In this document: positions 29,067 through 38,779 of the stretch, piece by piece
How positions within the stretch are numbered: position 1 is the stretch's first letter
Layout of the letters: the number at the start of each line of letters is the position of its first letter
DNA from: Geopsychrobacteraceae bacterium
GTDB taxonomy: Bacteria; Desulfobacterota; Desulfuromonadia; Desulfuromonadales; Geopsychrobacteraceae
Length of the DNA stretch: 64,000 nucleotides
Assembly (NCBI GenBank): GCA_963662315.1
Contig: OY759353.1
Span: 3,232,001 to 3,296,000 of the forward strand
Direction: 5' to 3'
Made by a program: the position numbers and the translations under genes
The notes under the pieces: generated by a model
What the model was told of the DNA's origin: nothing
Databases searched by the model: none
The model's input: the letters and a program-made list of their open reading frames with translations, nothing else

Positions 29067-30539
29067 TCATGGAAACAGCGCAAGCTTAGCCAGACGCAAA
29101 AAAATGTCCGGATAAAAAAACAGAGCAACAGACGTGCAAGCCGTAACAGACAAAGGGATCAGACAAAAGATTGGAGCCTCTTTGATTCCTGTATCAAAAA
29201 CCGGGTCAGCAGCTTTGGCAAAATAACCACGATAGACTATCGGGAGAAAATAAGCAGCGTTTAATAACGAGCTGGTCAGTAGGACCAGCAGCAAAATGAT
29301 TTGATTACTGCTGACAGCTCCAATAACCAGGTTCCATTTACTGATAAAACCACCTAATGGCGGCATACCGATAATGCTCAAGGAACCGAGCATAAAGGCA
29401 AAGTAGGTAACTGGCATGCGCCGTCCCAGCCCATCCATCTGACTGATGTATTTTTTTCCGGCGCCGACAAAAATAGCCCCGGCACAGAAAAACAGGGTGA
29501 TTTTGCCAAACGCATGCATGGCAATATGGAGCAGCCCGCCGGTCATTCCTGCCGCTGACAGCATCCCGGCGCCAAGGATCATATAAGAGAGTTGGCCGAT
29601 GGTCGAATAAGCAAGCCTGCGTTTGAGGTTGTCCTGGGTCAGGGCGACCAGGGAGGCGACCAGGATAGTCGTCGAGGCCAGTGCGGTAACGATCCAGCCA
29701 AGATGGGCATTGAGCAGCTCCTGTGGCCCGATAATGTGGAAAATAACACGTAAAATGGAAAAGACACCAACTTTAACGACTGCAACACCGTGCAGAAATG
29801 AACTGACCGGAGTTGGGGCAACCATGGCAGCTGGGAGCCAGCCGTGAAAGGGCATCAGACCTGACTTGGCGAAGCCGAAAAGGAACATGACCAGAATCAG
29901 GGCGAGCAACTGTGGGCTGACACCGCTGTTGGTCAGTATCCCGCCGATTTTGAAATCGAGGGAGCCGGTCAGTGAGTAGACGATAATCATAGCTGGCAGT
30001 GCCAGGCCGATGGAGGTTCCGAGTATGTAAGTTAAATATTTGCGGCCTGATTTTTTGGCTTCATCATTCTGCTCATGAGTCACCAATGGGTAGGTTGATA
30101 ATGACAACATTTCGTAGAACAGATACATGGTCAGCAGATTGGCTGAAAAAGCGACACCCAGAGTTGCAGAAATGGCAACGGCGAACGAAGCAAAATAGCG
30201 GGTCTGGGCATGCTCATCAAGTGTGCGCATGTAGCCGATGGAGTAGAGCGAAGTGAAAAACCAGAGGATCGACGCGACCAGGGCGAAGAACATTCCCATG
30301 GCGTCGACTCGTAAGGCAATGGGAACCCCTTTTACTACTTCTGCGATAGTCCATTCGAAGCCTCCCCCCTTAAGAACCGCTGGCAGCATGCTCGCGACAA
30401 TAATCACTTTGCCAAGGGCGATCAGTATTGTCCAGCCTTCACGCAGGTTGGGGCGACGGTTCGACAACATAATGGGGATCGACCCGATCAGCGAGATTAA
30501 AATGGCCATGAGGGGCCAGATCGAAATGTGATAGTTCAT
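29067..30539 (-). CDS. Mrp antiporter subunit D-like
   Basis: FYEML, KSGLMPFHGWLP.AM.APTP and HAFGKITLF. Confidence 0.9.
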   Translation of the reverse strand: MNYHISIWPLMAILISLIGSIPIMLSNRRPNLREGWTILIALGKVIIVASMLPAVLKGGGFEWTIAEVVKGVPIALRVDAMGMFFALVASILWFFTSLYSIGYMRTLDEHAQTRYFASFAVAISATLGVAFSANLLTMYLFYEMLSLSTYPLVTHEQNDEAKKSGRKYLTYILGTSIGLALPAMIIVYSLTGSLDFKIGGILTNSGVSPQLLALILVMFLFGFAKSGLMPFHGWLPAAMVAPTPVSSFLHGVAVVKVGVFSILRVIFHIIGPQELLNAHLGWIVTALASTTILVASLVALTQDNLKRRLAYSTIGQLSYMILGAGMLSAAGMTGGLLHIAMHAFGKITLFFCAGAIFVGAGKKYISQMDGLGRRMPVTYFAFMLGSLSIIGMPPLGGFISKWNLVIGAVSSNQIILLLVLLTSSLLNAAYFLPIVYRGYFAKAADPVFDTGIKEAPIFCLIPLSVTACTSVALFFYPDIFLRLAKLALFP

Positions 30540-30611
30540 AATAAACGATGCCCTGTCTTCAACTTATTACAGCAGATAATGTCTCGAATACTAACAAGCC
30601 TGGTTACAGGT

Positions 30612-32093
30612 TTAAAAAGTGACCGGTACCGCCAGTTTGATTATCGACTCTACCAAGGGTCCAGAGTAAAGACCGATGATGATCAGCATGGCGGCTGAGA
30701 TCCACAGGGGAATGCGCATGCTTAACGGAGCCTCATCATACTTTTCGATACCGTGATGCTGCCCGGGGCGGAAAAAATAACCGATTTCAATAATCCGGAA
30801 AAAGATAATGGCATTGACCAGTGAACTGAACAATAGCGCAATCACGTAGCCCCACTGTCCGGCTTCGATACCCCCAAGTAGCAGATACCATTTGCTGAAA
30901 AATCCTGCAGTTGGAGGCACGCCGATCATGGAAAATGCCCCCAGGGTAAACGCCGCCATGGTAAATGGCATTTTGCGGTAAACCCCTTTGAGACTGTCAA
31001 ACTCCAGGTTGCCAAGTTTATAGAGCAGGGCTGCGGCTGACAGGAATAGGCACAGAGTCATCAGCGCATCGTTAACGATGTGCAGGACCGCTCCGGTCAT
31101 GCCAATATTGTTGGCCAGCCACACCCCACCAACCATGTAGCCAACTTCAGCGACAATAATGTACGTCAACATGCGCTTCAGGTTACGTTGCGCCAGAGCC
31201 ATACTTGATCCGCATACGATGGCAATGGTTGCCAGCCAGACCACACCGTTCTGAACCAGCGGATGATCAAAAAACAGGTAGTCGACAGAAAAGACCGAAA
31301 ACATGATCCTGATCATCAGATAAATGGTGACTTTGGTCATCAGCGGCGCCGAGATCAAAGCTGTGCCGGTAGGGGCCAGGGAGTAGGCATTGGGTAGCCA
31401 GCCATGTAGTGGGAACAGGGCCATTTTGACCCACAAGCCGACCAGAATAAAGGCCAGTGCCGTTGCAATGGCTTTGGGACCGTCGGTGTGGATAAGGATG
31501 CCGGCAATGTCCGCCATATTCAGGCTACCGGTCATGATATAGAGATAGCCAACCCCGAGCAGGTAAAAACAGGCGCCAAGAGAACCCATGATGATGTAGT
31601 TGAAGCTGGCCAGCGGAGCTCGCCCCTGTCCCATGGCAATCAGGCCGTAGGTTGTGATGGAGGTGATTTCCAGCAGGACATAAAGGTTGAAGGCATCACC
31701 AGTGAGGATCAATCCGTAAAGACCGGCCACGAAAATCAGATAGAGAGTAAAAAACATATACTCTTTATCCGGTAGTTCTTGAAATACGGATTTAAGTGCC
31801 GAACCTGTAGCCAGCAAAGCTGAGGCAGAAACCAAAACCAGCATCAGTGCTGATAAATGATCAATGACCAGTTCAATCCCGTACGGGGGGCTCCAATGGC
31901 CGACGGTGTAACTGTAGCCGCCGTTACCGAGGACGTGTCCAAGGACAACCACTGACAGTACGGTTGAAACGGCCAGACTGCCAAGGGCAAGAGGCGCAAT
32001 CCAGGTTTTGGACCGGCGTCCCAGCAGGTTGACGAAAAATGCAGTTAAAAGCGGTACTGCCAAGACGAAAAGAGGTAGATTCGATGCACTCAT
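30612..32093 (-). CDS. mrpD: Mrp antiporter subunit D
   Basis: DAFNLYVLLE, KMALFPLHGWLP and GVPPTAGFFSKW. Confidence 0.88.
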   Translation of the reverse strand: MSASNLPLFVLAVPLLTAFFVNLLGRRSKTWIAPLALGSLAVSTVLSVVVLGHVLGNGGYSYTVGHWSPPYGIELVIDHLSALMLVLVSASALLATGSALKSVFQELPDKEYMFFTLYLIFVAGLYGLILTGDAFNLYVLLEITSITTYGLIAMGQGRAPLASFNYIIMGSLGACFYLLGVGYLYIMTGSLNMADIAGILIHTDGPKAIATALAFILVGLWVKMALFPLHGWLPNAYSLAPTGTALISAPLMTKVTIYLMIRIMFSVFSVDYLFFDHPLVQNGVVWLATIAIVCGSSMALAQRNLKRMLTYIIVAEVGYMVGGVWLANNIGMTGAVLHIVNDALMTLCLFLSAAALLYKLGNLEFDSLKGVYRKMPFTMAAFTLGAFSMIGVPPTAGFFSKWYLLLGGIEAGQWGYVIALLFSSLVNAIIFFRIIEIGYFFRPGQHHGIEKYDEAPLSMRIPLWISAAMLIIIGLYSGPLVESIIKLAVPVTF

Positions 32094-32473
32094 TTTCCGA
32101 GTTTCTCCAGGATTTCACCCTCTTCGAGGGTCCCATATTCACGATAAATGCGCTGCAGAATAGCCAGGGCCACACCGGTAACACTGACCGAAACGACGAT
32201 GGCGGTAAGCATAAGGACATGGGGTAACGGGTTGACGATGGTTGCAATGTCTACCCCGTGTTCAAGGACTTCATGCTTATCAAGGATAGGGATCCTGGCT
32301 CCTTGTTTGACTCCGGCGGAGACAAACATCAGGATGATAGCGGTTTGAAAGATGTTCATACCGATCAGTTTTTTGACCAGATTCTTTTTGCCGATCATGG
32401 CATAAAATCCGATCATCATCAGGGCGACGTAAATCCAGTAGTTAAATTTGGCAACGAAAATTTCAGCACCCAT
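32090..32473 (-). CDS. mrpC: Mrp antiporter subunit C
   Basis: KNLVKKLIG and NPLPHVLMLTAIVV. Confidence 0.92.
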   Translation of the reverse strand: MGAEIFVAKFNYWIYVALMMIGFYAMIGKKNLVKKLIGMNIFQTAIILMFVSAGVKQGARIPILDKHEVLEHGVDIATIVNPLPHVLMLTAIVVSVSVTGVALAILQRIYREYGTLEEGEILEKLGK

Positions 32474-32476
32474 GGT

Positions 32477-32956
32477 TTAAAGCCCCTCTTCCATTTCACC
32501 TTTTGATCCGAGCACCCAGAACAGGGCAGCCATAATACTCATAACAGCTAAACCGACGCCGACCTCGACAACGAAAATGCCAAAGGAGCGCCATTCCACC
32601 GGTCCTAAAGGAATAATGGCATCCAGGGCACTGTAGTCGAGAAACATGCCGCCGAACAGGGCGCAGAGTGCCGCAGTCCCGGTGTAGATAAGAACACCAA
32701 TGTTACCAAAGATGTTATTGGCGGTTTCGGACATGTACTGCATGGAAAACTTTTGGTCAAAGGCCAGAGCCAGGGCAACGAAAGATGCGCCCAGGATAAC
32801 ACCGCCCTGGAATCCGCCCCCGGGACTGTAGTGACCATGAACGATGACATACAAGCCAAAAAGTTGAATAAACGGGACCAGCAGGCGGACGGCGGTCTGA
32901 ATGATAAGGCTTTCACCGAGCTTCTGTTTGGCTGTGCGTTCCTGTAGTAACTTCAT
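32477..32956 (-). CDS. mrpB: Mrp antiporter subunit B
   Basis: GHYSPGGGFQGG and EVGVG. Confidence 0.9.
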   Translation of the reverse strand: MKLLQERTAKQKLGESLIIQTAVRLLVPFIQLFGLYVIVHGHYSPGGGFQGGVILGASFVALALAFDQKFSMQYMSETANNIFGNIGVLIYTGTAALCALFGGMFLDYSALDAIIPLGPVEWRSFGIFVVEVGVGLAVMSIMAALFWVLGSKGEMEEGL

Positions 32957-32973
32957 GGTGTTCTCCGCCTTTT

Positions 32974-33252
32974 TTAGTCCTGTTTCTTCTTTTTGCGCAG
33001 TATGCTCATAACCGCCATTCCGGCACAGTAGATAACGACAGTTTCGAACATGGTGTCGTAACCACGGTAATCTCCGAGGACGGCTGTAACAATATTCGGT
33101 ACGTGGGTTTCAGGGACCGCTTCTTTAATAAAATAAGCGGACAGATGTTGGGATGCCGGAGAATTTGGATCGCCGAAGGCCGGGAAATCCATGGTGCCGT
33201 AAAGCAGAACCACACCGGTAACAAATGTTGCAAGCAGGGCGAGAGCTTTCAA
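32974..33252 (-). CDS. MbhE-like subunit (detached MrpA C-terminal segment)
   Basis: NIVTAVLGDYRGYDTMFE. Confidence 0.85.
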   Translation of the reverse strand: MKALALLATFVTGVVLLYGTMDFPAFGDPNSPASQHLSAYFIKEAVPETHVPNIVTAVLGDYRGYDTMFETVVIYCAGMAVMSILRKKKKQD

Positions 33253-33494
33253 TCCTTACTCCTTCTTGTGGTATTCAAAATGGCGGCAATAAAGAGCACG
33301 GTACTGATCCCGGCGCCGACTGTCGCTTCAGTAAACGCAACGTCAACCGCCCCCATTTCAGCCCACAGCAAACACATAAAGAAACTGTAAACGCCAAAAA
33401 TAATCGTGGCACTGAGCAGATCCTTAACTGTGATGGCCGCAATGGCACAAACGACAACAAGTAGCAGAATCAGTAAGTCAAGAGCCCAGATCAT
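33249..33494 (-). CDS. DUF4040/MbhD-like subunit
   Basis: MGAVDVAFTEATVGAG. Confidence 0.85.
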   Translation of the reverse strand: MIWALDLLILLLVVVCAIAAITVKDLLSATIIFGVYSFFMCLLWAEMGAVDVAFTEATVGAGISTVLFIAAILNTTRRSKD

Positions 33495-33496
33495 AA

Positions 33497-33814
33497 CTAT
33501 CTCTTCTTCTTGGCCCAGGGAGCGATGCCGATTACCAGGGCCGTTTTGGTAATGGCATGTGTTGCGGTCGGGCTGGCGACATAGATAAAAACTGCAATCA
33601 GCATGATTTTGATAGCAACCAGAATGCTAGCGAAGCTGACATCCTGTAATTGATAAAGGGCGGCGGCGATAACAATGAGCACTGCTGCCAGAGAATCCGA
33701 TTTGCCGGCAGCATGCAGGCGGCTGTAAAAGTCTGGAAAGCGCAGTACGCCAACAACGCCGATCGTAAAGAAGAACAATCCGGTAATCAGAAACAGGAAG
33801 ATAACAATATTCAT
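33497..33814 (-). CDS. mrpG: Mrp antiporter subunit G
   Basis: GVLRFPDFYSRLHAAG and SPTATHAI. Confidence 0.92.
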   Translation of the reverse strand: MNIVIFLFLITGLFFFTIGVVGVLRFPDFYSRLHAAGKSDSLAAVLIVIAAALYQLQDVSFASILVAIKIMLIAVFIYVASPTATHAITKTALVIGIAPWAKKKR

Positions 33815-34161
33815 GGGTTTTCTCCTGAGGCGGAGGTGTTCTGATCGTCATGCAGAGGAGCTTCGCGATCAAGGAAATTACTCAGTATTTCCTCTGCATG
33901 TTTTTTGCGCAGGAAATATCTTGTGGCACCTAATGTTGCAATAAAGTTAAGCAATGCATAGGCGATGGCGATATCGACATACATGGCAAGGTCACCCATG
34001 AGGATGCCGATTAGCAGCAGCAAGGTCGTTGTTTTTGTGCCGATAATGTTGCCACCAAGAATACGATCGAGAACCGTAGGACCGGCAATCAAGCGGTACA
34101 TACTGAGCAACATGAGGAAAATAAGCCAGACTCCGGCATAAAGGAAGGAATTCTCAAGCAT
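33811..34161 (-). CDS. mrpF: Mrp antiporter subunit F
   Basis: RLIAGPTVLDR and DIAIAYALLNFIAT. Confidence 0.9.
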   Translation of the reverse strand: MLENSFLYAGVWLIFLMLLSMYRLIAGPTVLDRILGGNIIGTKTTTLLLLIGILMGDLAMYVDIAIAYALLNFIATLGATRYFLRKKHAEEILSNFLDREAPLHDDQNTSASGENP

Positions 34162-34642
34162 GCTCTCTAATCTCCAGCGCTTTTGCTACACGTTGTTCCA
34201 TTTCACCAGGAAGTCCAGCCGCTGCTTTTTGGGTCAGGGCATATACGGCGATCTGATTTTCGAAAATATTTACCGTGATGGTTCCAGGGGTCAAGGTAAT
34301 TGATTGCGCCAGGGCCACTTTGGAAATCGGTCTTTTTAAAATGGTTTCAAAGCGGAACAGGTGAGGGTCAATCAGATCCAGCATGCGTGGGTGTAAAACG
34401 ATGTAGGTAATCTCCAGATTCGCCAGGATGATCTGTCCCAGCAGGTATGGAAGGTAAGCAACCATCCGGAACGATTCTCTGATCCACGATTTTCCAGCAT
34501 CAGGAAACAGCAGATTGCTGCTGAATATAGAGACGATCAGGCAGCAAAGAATTCCCAGGGAAAAATGAAACGGATCGAACATACCGGACATGACGATCCA
34601 GAAGATCAGCATAATGATGAATGTGGCAATTTTGGCCTTCAT
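34154..34642 (-). CDS. mrpE: Mrp antiporter subunit E
   Basis: LAQSITLTPGTIT; ATG 34642 after GGAG. Confidence 0.9.
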   Translation of the reverse strand: MKAKIATFIIMLIFWIVMSGMFDPFHFSLGILCCLIVSIFSSNLLFPDAGKSWIRESFRMVAYLPYLLGQIILANLEITYIVLHPRMLDLIDPHLFRFETILKRPISKVALAQSITLTPGTITVNIFENQIAVYALTQKAAAGLPGEMEQRVAKALEIREHA

Positions 34643-35148
34643 AAGATGCAACTCCAGTGCTGCTACCAGACGATCTGGGGTTAAAAAGCGTTTTTAAGAT
34701 AGTGATAACCTTAACAGAAAGTTCAATCATTTCATGTCAGGCAGATCCGCCTGGCCTGGTCACATGGGCAACAGGGGATAAAAGGCTTTGGTGCGATGTT
34801 CTTATCTAACAATCATAAGAAGTGGCTGTTTAACAGACTCTTCTTCTCTCCGTTACAAAAAAACAATTCATAGAGGTGAGCTGGATTAAGTTACGCTAGA
34901 CTACTTTTGAAAAGCTGTTTAACGTCATATCATTATAATTAAGTTTGTCTAGCATGGACCCAACCGAGGGTCAATAAAATCCCATATAACGAACCAAAAA
35001 TTGAATTTGGGAATGACAGCGTCGCCGAAATCCGGCGAAACCTGCGTATCCGCTATAAACTCCATATTTGGTGTATTATTCCGCTAAATGTTCTTGAGCA
35101 CAACTGTTTTCGGAATAAAATTATCTTTCTTTCTCCCATCTAAGTTTA

Positions 35149-35165
35149 TGCGGGAAATGTGCCAA
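35149..35165 (-). promoter_or_regulatory. Candidate sigma-54 promoter pointing toward the mrp operon
   Basis: Minus strand TTGGCACATTTCCCGCA = GG-N10-GC, about 500 bp upstream of mrpE. Confidence 0.5.
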
Positions 35166-35357
35166 ACGTTAATGGTTGGAAATGTAACCCTTTTATGAAA
35201 GTGAAAATGGTCCTAAATCAGGAAGTTATGGCAGCGCATCCCGCGCGGAAGAAAGAGCTGTCTGGCAGCGGGGTATCAATATGTCGACAGGTTGTGAGAA
35301 AATATTATTCAAACATGGGTCAGGCCTGATGATTTTTGCACCTGCGCGGGGGCTCAG

Positions 35358-35765
35358 CTATTCAGCCAGGGCTTGTGCAGAATCACGATAACGCTTAGGG
35401 ATCTGCTCCAGGTGATCAGCAAATTGCAGGTCGCCCTGTCCATCGACATAAAGATAACGATTAGCTGTTTTCTTGACTTTGGCGACAGCTGTTTTGCTGA
35501 TAACAGATGCTATGGTATCCGGATTTTTAGCTGCCTTTGCAGGTGACTTGGGCTGAGAACGCTGGACTGTTGGGGGGATGGTCGTTGTCGGGTTCTTATG
35601 GTCAAGGATAACGTTGGCCAACCGATGGCGGAAATCAACATAAAACTTTTGGGTTTCGGCTAGCCCGGGGGTTGTCAGTGGTAAGGAAACCATCAGCTGG
35701 TCAAAGCTCAGGCTCATGGCACAGATGACCACCAACCATAAAAAATATCTGAAAAGTTTAAACAT
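35358..35765 (-). CDS. Hypothetical membrane-anchored protein with a DUF4124-like C-terminal motif
   Basis: N-terminal hydrophobic segment, P/K/T linker, YLYVDGQGDLQFAD..IPKRYR; ATG 35765 after GGAG. Confidence 0.65.
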   Translation of the reverse strand: MFKLFRYFLWLVVICAMSLSFDQLMVSLPLTTPGLAETQKFYVDFRHRLANVILDHKNPTTTIPPTVQRSQPKSPAKAAKNPDTIASVISKTAVAKVKKTANRYLYVDGQGDLQFADHLEQIPKRYRDSAQALAE

Positions 35766-35974
35766 GCAAGCACTCCGATCAGGCAGCTGCACACCGGCGA
35801 TGCGTCCGACTATTGTCGGGCTGATAATAATATAGTATGAAAGGCAGGTTCGCGGACATATTACCTGTGCTGTCCCGTAAACTCAAGCCATGTAAAGACA
35901 GTGAGAAGGTTTCCTTTTCACGGTGATTATGCAAGAATACGCATTCGTCGATTTTACCTTAAGGAGCATGTACG

Positions 35975-36928
35975 ATGAGTGACACACAATACGATGTGAT
36001 TATCATAGGCGGTGGCCCTGCCGGAATGACCGCCGGTCTTTACGCATCCCGCGCCTGCCTGAAATCTTTGATGCTGGAAAAAATGATTATGGGTGGTCAG
36101 ATGATGACGACCACTCTGGTTGAAAACTGGCCGGGTTTTCCCGGAGGGATTGAAGGTCCCGAACTGATGATGCGTTTTCAGGAGCATTGTGTTGAGTTCG
36201 GACTTGAAACTGGTTATGGATCGGTCGATAAAATCATTGATCACGGCAATTTCAAAACCCTGATCGTTGATGGCAAAGAAATGACCTGCAGAGCCGTTAT
36301 TATCGCTACTGGAGTTGTGCCGCGTAAGCTGGGTTTGGCCGAAGAAGCGGCCTTGGTCGGTCGCGGTATTTCCTATTGTGCGACCTGTGATGGGGCTTTC
36401 TTTCGTAATGTTCCTATTGCTGTTGTCGGCGGAGGAGACACTGCCGCAGAAGAGGCGCTGTATCTGACCCGTTTTGCCAGCAAGGTGTATCTGATTCATC
36501 GTCGCGATAAACTGCGGGCGACCAAGATTCTGCAAGACCGCGTTATGGCAAATGATAAAATTGAAATTCTCTGGAATTCCGTTGTCGATGGTCTGCTGGC
36601 CGATAAAAGTGGCCTGAATGGAGCGGTGCTGAAAGATACTCAGACTGGCGAAACGCGTAACCTTGAAGTTCAGGGGCTGTTCGTTGCAGTTGGAGTTACA
36701 CCTACTTCTGATTTTGCTGGTGACCTGCTGAACAGAACAGCGGAGGGATACATTATTGCCGGTGAGGATACCAAAACCAATGTGCCCGGTATCTTCGCTG
36801 CCGGAGACTGTCGTACGACAGTCCTTAAACAGGTTTCAACCGCTGTCGGGGATGGCGCGGTTTCAGCTATTCAGGCTGAAAAATATATTGATGAAATGGC
36901 GCACCTGGAAAAAGTCGCCGCGCAGTAG
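35975..36928 (+). CDS. trxB: Thioredoxin reductase
   Basis: GGGPAG, CATCDG, GGGDTA, HRRD and FAAGD. Confidence 0.97.
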   Translation: MSDTQYDVIIIGGGPAGMTAGLYASRACLKSLMLEKMIMGGQMMTTTLVENWPGFPGGIEGPELMMRFQEHCVEFGLETGYGSVDKIIDHGNFKTLIVDGKEMTCRAVIIATGVVPRKLGLAEEAALVGRGISYCATCDGAFFRNVPIAVVGGGDTAAEEALYLTRFASKVYLIHRRDKLRATKILQDRVMANDKIEILWNSVVDGLLADKSGLNGAVLKDTQTGETRNLEVQGLFVAVGVTPTSDFAGDLLNRTAEGYIIAGEDTKTNVPGIFAAGDCRTTVLKQVSTAVGDGAVSAIQAEKYIDEMAHLEKVAAQ

Positions 36929-36998
36929 GCTGCAGTACACACATATTTTTATCAAATAAGCGCAAGTATTCTGCTGTAGAGCAGAGCCAGGGGGGGAT

Positions 36999-38528
36999 AT
37001 GCTTGCAAAAGTCTGTTCAGGTGCCCTGATTGGTATCGACGCCTATCCCGTTGAGGTGGAGGTTGATATCGCTCAGGGGTTGCCGCAATTTTCTACCGTT
37101 GGGTTACCCGAAGGTGCGGTCAAAGAAAGTAAAGACCGGGTCAAATCTGCCATTAAGAATTCCGGCTACGACTTTCCGGCGCGCCGGATCACTATCAATC
37201 TTGCTCCGGCAGATATCCGCAAGGACGGAGCCGCGTTCGACTTGCCGATTGCCATAGGTTTGTTATGTGCTACGGGGGTTGTTGATCAGGAGCGGGTGGC
37301 GCGCTTTGTTTTGCTGGGGGAACTGTCTCTCGATGGCCGTATTAAGCCGGTTCGCGGGGTATTGCCGGTTACCGTGGCGGCACGGGAATGGGGGACCGAA
37401 GCCTTGATTCTGCCGCGCGAAAACGCCGAAGAGGGAGCCGTTGTTGCCGGGCCGGCCGTGTATGCCGTCAGTGATTTGTCTGAAGTCGTTGGCCTGATCA
37501 ATGGTGATTTCAATCCTGAACCGTATCGGCCCCAGGCCAGTGATGAGGGGGCAGTTGTTGCCATTGAGGGGGAGGATTTTGCTGAAGTGCGGGGGCAGGA
37601 ACATGTTAAACGTGCTCTGGAGGTTGCCGCAGCCGGAGCTCACAACATCCTTATGAGTGGTCCCCCGGGCAGTGGTAAAACCATGCTTGCTCGGCGGCTG
37701 CCGACAATCCTGCCCGATTTTTCCTTTGAGGAATCTCTGGAAACAACCAAAATTCATTCGGTGGCCGGTCTGTTGTCCCGCAACCATGCCTTACTCAGGC
37801 AGCGTCCTTTCAGGTCGCCGCATCATACCATTTCAGATGCCGGTCTGATCGGCGGGGGCAGTTATCCGCGGCCGGGCGAAGTGTCCCTGGCCCATTGCGG
37901 CATCCTGTTTCTGGATGAGTTCCCTGAATTTAAAAAGAATGTGCTGGAGATGTTACGTCAGCCCCTGGAAGATGGTCAGGTTTCGATCAGCCGTGCCGCG
38001 CTGAGTTTGACCTATCCGGCCAATTTTATGTTGGTGGCGGCCATGAACCCCTGCCCCTGTGGCTTCAGTGGCGATACCCAGCATGATTGTTCCTGTACCC
38101 CGGTCATGATTCAGCGTTATCGAAGCCGTCTGTCTGGTCCGCTGCTCGATCGTATTGATCTTCATGTCGAAGTTCCGCGTGTTCCACATCGGGATTTAAC
38201 CAATCTGCAACCCGCTGAGTCGAGTGCGACCATCCGCAAGCGCGTCAATCAGGCTCGTGCAATTCAGCATCAGCGCCTGGCTGCTTACGGTTTATACGCC
38301 AATAGTCAGATGCAGGCCCGGCATATCCGGAAATTCTGTCAACTTGATGAAGCCGGTGATCGCCTGCTGGAACAGGTGACAGACAAACTGGGGCTGTCGG
38401 CGCGCAGTTTCACCAGAATTCTCAAATTGGCACGGACCATCGCTGATCTGGCCGGGGAAGAGCAGATCTGTCCGAGGCACCTGGGGGAAGCGATTCAATA
38501 CCGTGGGCTTGACCGAAAGACAAGTTAG
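36999..38528 (+). CDS. comM: YifB/ComM family Mg-chelatase-like AAA ATPase
   Basis: [30 protein letters not shown] and SGPLLDRID. Confidence 0.93.
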   Translation: MLAKVCSGALIGIDAYPVEVEVDIAQGLPQFSTVGLPEGAVKESKDRVKSAIKNSGYDFPARRITINLAPADIRKDGAAFDLPIAIGLLCATGVVDQERVARFVLLGELSLDGRIKPVRGVLPVTVAAREWGTEALILPRENAEEGAVVAGPAVYAVSDLSEVVGLINGDFNPEPYRPQASDEGAVVAIEGEDFAEVRGQEHVKRALEVAAAGAHNILMSGPPGSGKTMLARRLPTILPDFSFEESLETTKIHSVAGLLSRNHALLRQRPFRSPHHTISDAGLIGGGSYPRPGEVSLAHCGILFLDEFPEFKKNVLEMLRQPLEDGQVSISRAALSLTYPANFMLVAAMNPCPCGFSGDTQHDCSCTPVMIQRYRSRLSGPLLDRIDLHVEVPRVPHRDLTNLQPAESSATIRKRVNQARAIQHQRLAAYGLYANSQMQARHIRKFCQLDEAGDRLLEQVTDKLGLSARSFTRILKLARTIADLAGEEQICPRHLGEAIQYRGLDRKTS

Positions 38529-38672
38529 TTTTTATCCGGAAACGGCCCTTTTCCGCTGTGGCGGTGTCACTCTGCGGGTTTTCTTGTGCGGCGTAAAGGA
38601 CTACGCCTCCGCGCAACCCCTTGATTTCCTTGCCACAACGAAAAATTGCTCGTTTCCAATCTGAAAACTTAG
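38525..38672. repeat. Isolated, diverged copy of the hairpin repeat seen at 8591-8985
   Basis: Shares CCGGAAAC, GCCCTTTTCC, TTGTGCGGCGTAAAG.ACTACGCCTCCGC, CCTTGATTTCCTTG and GAAAAATTGCT; flanked by TTAG on both sides. Confidence 0.9.
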
Positions 38673-38779
38673 CCGTTGCCCTTCGGAGTTTCCGGATGGC
38701 AACTAGTTAGTTTATTTAGAGTTGGATTCTTATAGAAGTCGGGTTAATTGATATTTTTATCTGATAGGTATGAGCTTTT

